The position numbers and the translations under genes were made by a program. A stretch of 64,000 nucleotides of DNA from a virus (lineage: Duplodnaviria > Caudoviricetes): the IMG/VR virus record IMGVR_UViG_3300006155_000002; one strand, 5' to 3'. Below the pieces are notes generated by a model that had not been told where the DNA came from, searched no databases, and saw nothing but the letters and a program-made list of their open reading frames with translations. Positions 34,736 to 44,075 of the stretch are shown piece by piece (positions within the stretch are counted from its first letter, which is position 1; the number at the start of each line of letters is the position of its first letter).

Positions 34736-35557
34736 ATGGGCAAGGTAATTAACGTAGATTTCACAGCGAGGAGTGCAGACTCCGTTATCGACGTGAAGGC
34801 GGTAGTGCGGTCAGGAAGGGCTCTCCGAGATGGGCTGATTGCTCCGGCTACCGAGGATACGAGCTACGAGATCGCCAACGAGCACACCAGCGAACCAATT
34901 AAGAACGTAGACGACATCTACGCCATCTCTGAGTGGTTCCTCTCAAGAGGGCGATACAGAGACAATATGCTCTTTATCGTTGGTATCAACTTTGGCCTTC
35001 GAGTCAGCGACCTGCTGACGCTGCGGTTCTCACACCTGATCGACGAACAGTTCCGGTTTAAGACTACGTTTCCGATTCTGGAAAAGAAGACCAAGAACAC
35101 CAGGAAGGCAAAGAAGAACAGATACATCACCATCAACGATGCTGTGGTGGATGCTGTTACTTTGTATCTGGAGAACACGCCTAACGTTAGGCTAAGCGAC
35201 TTCATGTTCCGTGGAGAAAGCAACAGATGTGGTAAGAATAACGACAAGGCACTCACCAGGAAGTCAGCAGACCGTGTGCTGAAAGAGGTTGGTGAAGCAC
35301 TTGGGCTCAGCATTCACATCGCTACTCACACACTTCGCAAAACGTTCGCATACCACCAGATGGTTATGAGCGGCAACGATCCGCGCAAGCTCCTACTCCT
35401 GCAAAAGATGTTTGGGCATAGCACGTCCGCCCAGACGCTGGACTACATCGGCATCACTGGAGAGGAGATTGAGGATGCGTATCTGAAGCTCAACCTGGGC
35501 GGGCGTCAGACGTTGCGTTTGATGGACAGTACGATCGTCGAACAGCCAGCAGGCTAA
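34736..35557 (+). CDS. Tyrosine recombinase/integrase-family protein
   Basis: GLRVSD, EKKT, HTLRKTF, GHS and catalytic Tyr (LDYIG). Confidence 0.93.
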   Translation: MGKVINVDFTARSADSVIDVKAVVRSGRALRDGLIAPATEDTSYEIANEHTSEPIKNVDDIYAISEWFLSRGRYRDNMLFIVGINFGLRVSDLLTLRFSHLIDEQFRFKTTFPILEKKTKNTRKAKKNRYITINDAVVDAVTLYLENTPNVRLSDFMFRGESNRCGKNNDKALTRKSADRVLKEVGEALGLSIHIATHTLRKTFAYHQMVMSGNDPRKLLLLQKMFGHSTSAQTLDYIGITGEEIEDAYLKLNLGGRQTLRLMDSTIVEQPAG

Positions 35558-35642
35558 CTTAGCGTCATTGTACCTTGACAATTTCATAGAGTACCACAGC
35601 CCTCAGCTACGTTGTTTCACACTCTATAGCTACATGGTCTTG

Positions 35643-35737
35643 ACAGAGATTCTCTTTAAGGGTTACCCCCTAAAAATACGCATTCTAAGCACCGAAATTT
35701 TTGTTTTGCCACCCTGGTGGTGGCAAACGGTAGCAAA
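35643..35737. repeat. Bipartite ~95-bp direct repeat, copy B
   Basis: Same two conserved blocks as 26941-27037. Confidence 0.8.
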
Positions 35738-35749
35738 GGAGGTTTGCCT

Positions 35750-36130
35750 ATGAAAAACAATTGGGTATTACTGCGAGAAGAAGTGTGGAAGATGGCCCCG
35801 TGCGAAGATGACTTTGATGACTATGGATACGGAGAAGACCATAGCGTGTCAATTGGTGATGAGATAGAGTCGTCAGATAAGGACGGCAAGGTACACGCCG
35901 GGGTTGTAGTCGGTATTATCCGCGACCTCGATAGGAACGCTGTATGCTACAAGATTTGGGATAGTGAGCGCAGTGACTTTGACTATGTCCAAGCGTCAGA
36001 CAGTGTTATATGCGAGCCGTGTGGCTCGTCACAATGGGCGTTGGAACGTATTGGATATACGCGCCGCAACGGCCCAGAGGGGCGTTGGTTTTACCACAAT
36101 GGGCAGACTGGAGATGTAATCTATTGGTAA
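35750..36130 (+). CDS. Hypothetical protein
   Basis: AAGGAGG RBS. Confidence 0.75.
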   Translation: MKNNWVLLREEVWKMAPCEDDFDDYGYGEDHSVSIGDEIESSDKDGKVHAGVVVGIIRDLDRNAVCYKIWDSERSDFDYVQASDSVICEPCGSSQWALERIGYTRRNGPEGRWFYHNGQTGDVIYW

Positions 36131-37350
36131 AAGTATGTGATGCTATTATGGGAACCGGCAAGAGTTCGGCGGCCATCACCTATATGAATGAGCACCCAGA
36201 GAAGAAGTTTATCTACATCACTCCATACCTGGAGGAAGCGACACGCATTGCAACTGCGTGTTCCCGGCTACAGTTCTTTGAGCCAAAGAAGAAAACGGAG
36301 TTTAGCGGTTCAAAAACATTGCACACAATTGATTTGGTACGGCATGGAGAGAATATCGCCACTACCCACCAAGCATTCCGGTTCTATCCGCAAGAACTCT
36401 TAGATCTTGTTAAAGGACAAGGGTATACACTTATCATTGACGAGAATGTGGATGTCTTAGAGACGCTGGAGGAAGACCCAGCGGACATCCAGATGGCAAT
36501 AGATGCCGGGTACATTAAGGAAGTACGAAGTGATGTGTACCACCTTGTGCGAGATGTCTATAACGGGAAAACGCACAGAGATCTGTTTCGAATTCTGCGG
36601 ACACGGGATCTCATTCGTATGACTGGTGAGAAAAAAGAGTCCTTCTTCTATTGGCAGCTACCGCCTGAACTGATTACGTCGTTCGACGAGGTGTTCATCC
36701 TGACTTATTTGTTCAAAGGACAGAGCCTTCATCACTTTTTGGAAATGTATGATATTCCTTATGAGTTTGTCGGGGTGGAGCATGATGAGAAGTTTGGATT
36801 CCGATTCAGCAGTTCGACCGAATATGTTCCTAAGTATGTCGCCACATTGAAAGATAGGATTCATGTGGTTGACGATCAGAGGCTGAATGAGATTGGCGAA
36901 CAGGATTACTCACTCTCTTTAAGCTGGTTTGAAAAGGAGAATTCCGACATCCCAAGGTTGAAGAACAATCTGTACAATTTCTTTCGCCACATTTGCGGCG
37001 TTGATGCCGCAGAAAAAATGTGGAGTACATATAAAGACGCGAAGCACAAGATCCAAGGTAAGGGTTACACCAGTGGATTCATTCCATTCAATAAGAAAGC
37101 AACCAATGAGTACAGGGATAGAACGGCGGTGGCCTACTGCGTTAATCTCTATATGAACGTAGGGCAGAAGCTATTCTACCAGAACAATGGGGTTAAGGTA
37201 GACGAGGACGCTTATGCCCTCTCTATCATGGTTCAATGGATATGGCGGAGTGCCATACGGGATGGAAATGAGATTTGGCTGTATGTGCCAAGCAAGCGGA
37301 TGCGTGATTTGCTCACCAACTGGATGAAGGAGGTGAGTATGTGTGGCTAA
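36124..37350 (+). CDS. P-loop helicase-like protein
   Basis: DAIMGTGKS Walker A, IIDE Walker B and QWIWRSAIR motifs. Confidence 0.8.
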   Translation: MVKVCDAIMGTGKSSAAITYMNEHPEKKFIYITPYLEEATRIATACSRLQFFEPKKKTEFSGSKTLHTIDLVRHGENIATTHQAFRFYPQELLDLVKGQGYTLIIDENVDVLETLEEDPADIQMAIDAGYIKEVRSDVYHLVRDVYNGKTHRDLFRILRTRDLIRMTGEKKESFFYWQLPPELITSFDEVFILTYLFKGQSLHHFLEMYDIPYEFVGVEHDEKFGFRFSSSTEYVPKYVATLKDRIHVVDDQRLNEIGEQDYSLSLSWFEKENSDIPRLKNNLYNFFRHICGVDAAEKMWSTYKDAKHKIQGKGYTSGFIPFNKKATNEYRDRTAVAYCVNLYMNVGQKLFYQNNGVKVDEDAYALSIMVQWIWRSAIRDGNEIWLYVPSKRMRDLLTNWMKEVSMCG

Positions 37351-37513
37351 ATGCGATAGATGCCTATGGGCAGACCAGTGCTATACACCTAAAAATGAGT
37401 GTTCTGATTATACACCGGCGGATGAGTATGAGGGTTTGGAGGAGCTGATTGAAGAAGGAGCATACGAATATCGGCACATTTGGTCAATTTACGTCAAAGA
37501 ACATGGCGGGTAG
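37343..37513 (+). CDS. Small Cys-containing protein
   Basis: Manual translation MAKCDRCLWADQC..., AGGAGGTG RBS. Confidence 0.6.
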   Translation: MAKCDRCLWADQCYTPKNECSDYTPADEYEGLEELIEEGAYEYRHIWSIYVKEHGG

Positions 37514-37552
37514 GTTCTATTTTCACAGCGTTCAATACTAATTTATGAGGCG

Positions 37553-40318
37553 GTGAGCAACATTTCCAAACAACAGTCTTGCCAAAAGTTTATCTATAAG
37601 ATACATAGCGCACGCTTACGCAAGGCGAGGTGGAATTTAACGCTCCCAATCTCCGAGGCGCGGAGAAACGATGAGGTTATTTCCTTGAGTGATAGCCAGA
37701 TGCTGCGCTTCATAGATAGGCTGAACGGTATCGAAAATGCAGATGATATTGCAAAGAATATCAAAAATGAGATAAAAATGCTCAGAAAACAGCCAAATTC
37801 TTTGCAAAATCGCAAGAAAATAAAGAAATTATACGAGAATTTGGATGAAATTCAGTATAAGCCGGACTATATGTGTTTGATTATCGACAAGGAGAAGGAT
37901 TACTGGAGGGCCTGCAAAGGCTTCAAGATTAACGGGATCAAGTATGCCAGATTGCTTGGAACGAACGGAGGCATCAAAAACTCCACCATTGTATTTGTCA
38001 GTGAGCGGCTTGCGCCGGAGCTGCGGCGTCTGATTGACAATGGGCGTGACAAGAGCAAAGAGCTTGTGCCCGCTAAGCTGGAAGCATATCAAGCGTTGGT
38101 ATGCAGTGGTTCAGTTCCGGTCTCCATGCCGAAAGGCATCGCCGTCGTTGAGGATTGCGTGACACACTTCCGATCCGATGTCATCAACATTGAAGACGCA
38201 GACGGGGAACCAAAGATGTGGTTCCAGGAGGATGCAGACATAGAACTCGACGAATCAGATGGATATGGCATTATGCTCCCGTCTCTGGCGAGAAGGTGGT
38301 CAGAGGAACTTCAGCTTGATTATATGGTTAGTGGCGTCAATACGCGGCTTTCCTTCGAGAAGGGAATGGTGTTCACATTCGACTTCTTGGAGTTTGCTGA
38401 CGAGATCGCTGGGACTCGTATTATCAAGGACGCATGGGGTAATGAGGTAGACCTATCCAATGTGGAGCTGGTGCTGACTACGTCCATGGTGAAGCTATGG
38501 GATAGTTATAAAAGCTGTGACGATTACATTAGAAACTGTGTAGAAAATGGATATACCTTCGGCATCACGAAGTCTTGTCCAAAGGTATTAGAGAATGAGC
38601 GCATGACAAACTATCAGTTTCTACAAGTGTACGATCTGAGCGACGAGCAGATCGACGAGTTGATCCAGCCAACCATTCAGGAGATTCACGATATTCTTGC
38701 GCTCGACTGGAAAAAGGCTGTACTGTTCTTGAAGGGCACCGGGATTACTGAAGACAACATTGACTACATAGATTCTGATTTCGCAAAGGCCATTATGATT
38801 GACCAGCGTATGATGGACGATCCGTTTATCACTAAAAAGATATATGGGCTAATCAAGAAGCGCATTATAGATGCTAAGATTGGAGTAATTAAGGCTCGTG
38901 GCAATTACTCCATTATCTCTGGCGATCCATTCGCTCTGTGCCAAAGTATGTTTGGTCTGGAGGCTACCGGGATATTAAAAGCCGGCGAAATTTACAACCA
39001 CTATTGGTTGGAGCGTGATGTTGATAAAGTGGTTTGCTTCCGTGCACCTATGACCTGTGCCAACAATGTGGTTGAAATGACGATAAATGGAAGTGAGGAT
39101 GCACGGCACTGGTATCAGTACATGACTGCTTGCACGTTATTGAACGCATGGGATACGACGGCTGCGGCATTGAATGGAGCGGATAAGGACGGAGACTTAG
39201 TTTTTACTACGGACAACAGTATCCTTGTCGGATGCCATAAGCAGTTACCAGCTCTTATGTGCGCACAAAGGAAAGCAAAGAAATGCGTCCCGTCCGAGGA
39301 GGACATTATTAAGTCGAATATTGTCAGTTTCGGTGATGACATCGGGAAAATCACGAACCACATCACCTCTATGTTCGATGTAATTGCTCAGTATGATCCC
39401 GGAACACGGGAATATGAAGTTCTGGATTATCGTATCAAGTGCGGGCAGAAGTTCCAGCAGGATTCTATTGATAAAGCTAAGGGCATCATTTCAAAGCCTA
39501 TGCCAAAGGGGTGGTATGACAGAGCCGCTGCAAAAGGAAACGACGAAGATGATGCAGACGCAGTACAATTCAATCTGAAAATTGCGGCAGATAAAAAACC
39601 ATACTTTATGCGATATATCTATCCGACGCTTATGCGGCAGTACAATACATATATTTCCAACACGAACAAGAAGGCGCTCAGGGAGTTTCGTATGACGATG
39701 GAGGAGCTTTTGGAGCGCGAGCGCGTTGGCGAGCTGACTAAAGAGGAAGCTGAGTTTCTTCATTACTACAGAGTAAAGGTTCCAGTCGGAACGCATGACT
39801 GTGTGATGAATAGGATTTGCCGTCGGTTTGAGGATGAGTTTGATGGATACATAGCGCGGCATAACTCTGACATAGAGTTTGATTATACAATCATGAAGAG
39901 CGGCGCGGAGTATTCTCAGACACAGTACAACACGATTTTTCGTTTGTATGAGGCGTATAACAAACGTGTTCAAGATTATATGCAGTATGCCAGAAAAGAG
40001 CGCTTAGACGAAGAGGAACACACGAATCTTAGGTTCGTGATGATTCAGGACTTTCGCAGAGAGTGCCAGATCGCGTGCTCCAACAAAAATCAACTGTGCG
40101 ACATTCTGTTGGATATGTGCTATCAGAAAGAGGGTTCTAAGCAGTTCGTTTGGGATATGGCCGGAGACGACATTATTGAAGCATTGCTCAAGAACAACAA
40201 CGGGTGTATTTCTTTCCCTGTCCATGACGAAAACGGAGACATTGCATTTGGTGGAGAGATGTTTACATTTGTCACGAAGCAGATTGGAGGGGAAAGTAAT
40301 GAGCATTGTGCTGAATGA
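37553..40318 (+). CDS. YonO-like single-subunit (RdRP-fold) phage RNA polymerase
   Basis: 921 aa; SDGYG, KGM, FRAP and GADKDGD (DxDGD) motifs; SPbeta-like context. Confidence 0.88.
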   Translation: MSNISKQQSCQKFIYKIHSARLRKARWNLTLPISEARRNDEVISLSDSQMLRFIDRLNGIENADDIAKNIKNEIKMLRKQPNSLQNRKKIKKLYENLDEIQYKPDYMCLIIDKEKDYWRACKGFKINGIKYARLLGTNGGIKNSTIVFVSERLAPELRRLIDNGRDKSKELVPAKLEAYQALVCSGSVPVSMPKGIAVVEDCVTHFRSDVINIEDADGEPKMWFQEDADIELDESDGYGIMLPSLARRWSEELQLDYMVSGVNTRLSFEKGMVFTFDFLEFADEIAGTRIIKDAWGNEVDLSNVELVLTTSMVKLWDSYKSCDDYIRNCVENGYTFGITKSCPKVLENERMTNYQFLQVYDLSDEQIDELIQPTIQEIHDILALDWKKAVLFLKGTGITEDNIDYIDSDFAKAIMIDQRMMDDPFITKKIYGLIKKRIIDAKIGVIKARGNYSIISGDPFALCQSMFGLEATGILKAGEIYNHYWLERDVDKVVCFRAPMTCANNVVEMTINGSEDARHWYQYMTACTLLNAWDTTAAALNGADKDGDLVFTTDNSILVGCHKQLPALMCAQRKAKKCVPSEEDIIKSNIVSFGDDIGKITNHITSMFDVIAQYDPGTREYEVLDYRIKCGQKFQQDSIDKAKGIISKPMPKGWYDRAAAKGNDEDDADAVQFNLKIAADKKPYFMRYIYPTLMRQYNTYISNTNKKALREFRMTMEELLERERVGELTKEEAEFLHYYRVKVPVGTHDCVMNRICRRFEDEFDGYIARHNSDIEFDYTIMKSGAEYSQTQYNTIFRLYEAYNKRVQDYMQYARKERLDEEEHTNLRFVMIQDFRRECQIACSNKNQLCDILLDMCYQKEGSKQFVWDMAGDDIIEALLKNNNGCISFPVHDENGDIAFGGEMFTFVTKQIGGESNEHCAE

Positions 40319-41048
40319 ATGCGAGTATGTTGAGAAGGTATTGGATGGATGTGTTCTTGGTCCAAAGCCAACAGAGACATTGTCTCGTATTGCGCGATAC
40401 TATTTCTCTGTTGGTGGAGCTAAGAAATCCGACATACATACAGAGCTGGAGAACTTTATGCTGCGTTGTGACCCAACCATCAATCTTGTGAAATGGCAAG
40501 ATACGCTCGACAGAATTATTAAAGGGGCTACGAAGTTTCCTTTGATTCATATTGAGAATGTTCCTATCACCGATAAGGAAATGGCAATATGTGATTCCCT
40601 TGATGGTGTGCAATCTCGCAGATTGTTGTTCACATTGATTTGCTTGGCAAAGTATTCAAACCTTGTCAACGAAAAGAACGGTGGCTGGGTTAACCGACAG
40701 GATAAGGAGATTTTTAAGCTCGCCAATGTTGTGACATCAATTAAGAGGCAGTCGCTCATGCTGAATGATTTTCGCGCTGCTGGCCTGATTCGCTTTAGTA
40801 GGAAAGTTGATAATGTCAATATCAATGTGCTGTGTCTCGATAATGATGGAACTGCGGTTTTGAAAATCAACGATTTTCGCAACCTTGGTTACCAGTATAT
40901 GCGCTTCCATGGCGGAGCATATATTGAGTGTGAGGAATGCGGGATTGTTATCAAGAAACGAAGCAACGCACAAAAATATTGCCATGATTGTGCTGCGGAC
41001 GTAAACAGACAACGTACACGGAATCGACTTGCACTTGAAAATTTTTAA
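40299..41048 (+). CDS. Hypothetical protein with C-terminal Zn ribbon
   Basis: CEEC...CHDC motif. Confidence 0.8.
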   Translation: MSIVLNECEYVEKVLDGCVLGPKPTETLSRIARYYFSVGGAKKSDIHTELENFMLRCDPTINLVKWQDTLDRIIKGATKFPLIHIENVPITDKEMAICDSLDGVQSRRLLFTLICLAKYSNLVNEKNGGWVNRQDKEIFKLANVVTSIKRQSLMLNDFRAAGLIRFSRKVDNVNINVLCLDNDGTAVLKINDFRNLGYQYMRFHGGAYIECEECGIVIKKRSNAQKYCHDCAADVNRQRTRNRLALENF

Positions 41049-41186
41049 TTTACTTTGAAATAGAAGTGGTCAGTAAGGCGGCAATTCAAGCTCCTTACTG
41101 ACCACGATGCAGTGTATCTATTATGTAAGGGAGAATAAGCAGCGATGTTTTATTCCCTAAATATAAGGTTGAAAGGATGTTATTTT

Positions 41187-41348
41187 GTGGTTGCGATCAA
41201 CGCAAAAGAAAAAGAAGTTATTGCGGAGCGTTTGCCCGGTATTCACATTCGCCGGACAGTGAAGCAGAAGTCAAAGCGTCATCGGTATTATGTGGAAGAG
41301 AATCGGGACGTGATGCGAATTCTGAGGTCACTCCGCAAACCAGCATAA
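41187..41348 (+). CDS. Small basic protein
   Basis: AAAGGA RBS; KSKRHRYYVEE motif. Confidence 0.6.
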   Translation: MVAINAKEKEVIAERLPGIHIRRTVKQKSKRHRYYVEENRDVMRILRSLRKPA

Positions 41349-41360
41349 GAGGAGGACTGC

Positions 41361-42554
41361 ATGGACGAGCTTTCAAAGAAGCCAAACGAAACAGATTTGG
41401 CGTATCATAAGCGTCTAATCTATGGAAAGTTGGTTGACGGGACGCTTGCCGATGAAGACTACTCAGAACTGGCTCCATATGTCTACGGGAAAGAGTATAG
41501 TACAGATGTTGCACGCAGGATGATGTACGGCAGCAAGAGGACACTTGAACTGTTGGGTGAAGGTGTTGAGCAATCTATCACGGCCAGCGATATTTTAAGC
41601 GAGTTGGACGAGAAGAAGATCGCTTTTCAGAAGGAAAAGCAAAAACTGTTCGATCAGCGGTCTGCGCTCAACAAACTGATTCGTGAACGCGCACGTCAGG
41701 AAGAACTCAACGAAATTTTGGTTGGTGCGGTTGCGAACGGTAATCTGCCTCAGCTTGACTACACGCCATCTGGTGTATCTGCGTCTGACAATGATATCTT
41801 GGTGAGCCTGAACGATATTCACTATGGTGCGAATGTTGATAACTACTGGAATAAGTACAACTCAGATATTTGCAGCGATATGATGCGCAGGTATCTGGAT
41901 CGTATTATCGAGATCGGGCATTTACATAGCAGCGAGAACTGCATCGTGTGGGAGAATGGAGATGCAATCTCCGGCAATATTCACCACTCTATTGCAGTCA
42001 CCAACAAAGAAAACGTCATTGAGCAAGTGATAGGTGTATCTGAACTGATTGCTGAGTTCTTGGCAGAATTGAGTAAGCATTTCCTAACCGTTCAGTTTGT
42101 CAGTGTGTCTGGAAACCATTCAAGGCTTGATGTCAAAGACCGCGCCCTGAAGGATGAACGTCTTGATGATTTGGTTGAATGGTATCTGACGGCCCGACTC
42201 CAGAACTTCGAGAATGTCATTATTGGAGTTGGCGAAAAGGTTGACTCGACAATGTACCTGATTGACGTTCGAGGGAAGACATACTGTGGTATTCACGGAG
42301 ATTATGATGGAAGCGCTGCAAAAGTGCAGACGCTTCAGACAATGGCCCGCAGACCAATTTATGCTGTTCTGTCTGGGCATTTACACCACTGTCGAATGGA
42401 TGAGGTGCAGGGAATCAAAACGGTTATGGCCGGTAGCTTCCTTGGAATGGATGATTTTTGTGTCAGTAAACGAATCTATGGCAGACCGGAGCAGATGGTT
42501 TGTATCTGTGACGGGTCTGGTATTAGATGTTCGTACAACATTGATCTTAGCTAA
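41361..42554 (+). CDS. Calcineurin-like metallophosphoesterase
   Basis: DIH, GD, GNH, HGD and GHLH motifs. Confidence 0.88.
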   Translation: MDELSKKPNETDLAYHKRLIYGKLVDGTLADEDYSELAPYVYGKEYSTDVARRMMYGSKRTLELLGEGVEQSITASDILSELDEKKIAFQKEKQKLFDQRSALNKLIRERARQEELNEILVGAVANGNLPQLDYTPSGVSASDNDILVSLNDIHYGANVDNYWNKYNSDICSDMMRRYLDRIIEIGHLHSSENCIVWENGDAISGNIHHSIAVTNKENVIEQVIGVSELIAEFLAELSKHFLTVQFVSVSGNHSRLDVKDRALKDERLDDLVEWYLTARLQNFENVIIGVGEKVDSTMYLIDVRGKTYCGIHGDYDGSAAKVQTLQTMARRPIYAVLSGHLHHCRMDEVQGIKTVMAGSFLGMDDFCVSKRIYGRPEQMVCICDGSGIRCSYNIDLS

Positions 42555-42599
42555 AGCGACCGGGAGGGGTGAACAACCCCTCCCTTTCTTTTTTTATAT

Positions 42600-42674
42600 T
42601 GCGGGATAGAGCAGCGGTAGCTCAACGGCCCCATAAGTCGTATGTCGCCAGTTCGAATCTGGCTCCCGCAACCA
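42600..42674 (+). tRNA. tRNA-Met(CAT)-like
   Basis: Cloverleaf, loop CCCATAA (C33), ACCA end. Confidence 0.8.
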
Positions 42675-42723
42675 ACGAATACTTTCAAAAAATTGATATA
42701 TGTAAAGACGAAAGGGTGAACTT

Positions 42724-43011
42724 ATGGTAACGAAAGACGAGTTCATTGAGCGCCTGTCGCGTAAGGGTTATACCAAGCGTGATGCTGGCGTCATAATGGA
42801 CGATTTTATCAAGACGCTGGAAGAAGCTCTTGTTGATGGAGAATCTGTAATGTTCCATGGATTTGGTTCGTTTGAAATTCGTGAGCGTGCAGAGCGCAAG
42901 AGCAAAGGTCTTAACAGCGAGGATATCGTGATTCCCTCTTATAAAACCGCGCATTTTACTCCTGGTAAAAGGCTGAGACGTGAAATCAAAGAGGGATTGA
43001 TTAGGGAGTGA
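42724..43011 (+). CDS. hup: HU-family DNA-binding protein
   Basis: GFGSFEIRERAER and FTPGK motifs. Confidence 0.92.
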   Translation: MVTKDEFIERLSRKGYTKRDAGVIMDDFIKTLEEALVDGESVMFHGFGSFEIRERAERKSKGLNSEDIVIPSYKTAHFTPGKRLRREIKEGLIRE

Positions 43012-43022
43012 GGTGACGCATT

Positions 43023-44075
43023 ATGCCGAAGCAGAGCAAGATTGTCAGCTCCCGACCAAGCAGTGCTGCTCCTGTGAAAGACAAACCAGAGAAATATTAT
43101 TGTACCCGCTGCACAAGGTCTTTCACAAAGCAAAAGAGCAATTTCCCAGGTGCGCAAAGTCCAATGTGGCGAGAAAACGGAGGCTATCTTCCTGTATGTC
43201 GGCATTGCGTGGATGAATTATATCACCACTACAAAGAAGTGCTTGGCGACGAAAAATCGGCGCTTAGACGTATTTGCCTGAAGTTTGATATTTACTGGAG
43301 TGACGATATTTATAAGATGCTCAATAAGACATCTACAACAAATTCTCGTGTTTTGTCTTATATCAGTAAATCAAACCTATATCAGTTTGTCGGCAAAACG
43401 TTTGACAATACTTTGGATGAAGAAGAGGCCGCTGACGCCGAGAAGACAGCATGGGTGCTTCACCAACAGGATGATGCGCCCGTTAATAATGCAGAAACCA
43501 TAGAGCAGATCGACCAGGATGTCATTGACTTTTGGGGAACTGGGCTTAGACCAGAGATGTATACGGAACTTGAACAGCGACGCAGATACTGGATGAGCCA
43601 TCTCCCTGCTGGTGTTGAACTCGGCATCGGCATTGAAGCATTGATTCGACAGATCTGCAACCTCGAAGTCGATATTAACCGTGACCGGGCTGCCGGAAAG
43701 TCTGTTGATAAAGCTATTGGCACACTAAACACACTTCTGGGTAGTGCCATGTTGAAACCAAGTCAGAATACAGATAAGGCAGATAGTTCTATGGAGAAGA
43801 CGCCATTTGGCGTATGGATCAAGAAGTGGGAGGATAAACGACCGATTCCAGAGCCTGACCCAGAGATGAAAGACGTTGATGGGATTGTACGGTATATCGA
43901 CGTTTGGTTGAGAGGTCATTTGGCCAAGATGCTTGGCAAAAAGAACGCTTATTCCTCGCTTTACGAAAAAGAAATTGCAGAACTACGGTTAAAGCGACCA
44001 GAGTTTGATGACGAAGATGACGAGACCTTCTTCTCTGACGTGTTTGGAGAGGAGGAGCAGGATGTCGAAAGTTGA
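43023..44075 (+). CDS. Zn-finger protein preceding the terminase (terminase small-subunit candidate)
   Basis: CTRC...CRHC motif; position upstream of TerL. Confidence 0.6.
   Translation: MPKQSKIVSSRPSSAAPVKDKPEKYYCTRCTRSFTKQKSNFPGAQSPMWRENGGYLPVCRHCVDELYHHYKEVLGDEKSALRRICLKFDIYWSDDIYKMLNKTSTTNSRVLSYISKSNLYQFVGKTFDNTLDEEEAADAEKTAWVLHQQDDAPVNNAETIEQIDQDVIDFWGTGLRPEMYTELEQRRRYWMSHLPAGVELGIGIEALIRQICNLEVDINRDRAAGKSVDKAIGTLNTLLGSAMLKPSQNTDKADSSMEKTPFGVWIKKWEDKRPIPEPDPEMKDVDGIVRYIDVWLRGHLAKMLGKKNAYSSLYEKEIAELRLKRPEFDDEDDETFFSDVFGEEEQDVES

Noticed and set aside
34736-35557. Tyrosine recombinase as the prophage integrase marking an att boundary
   Set aside because: It is short, phage genes continue on both sides, and no host genes or att junction are visible.
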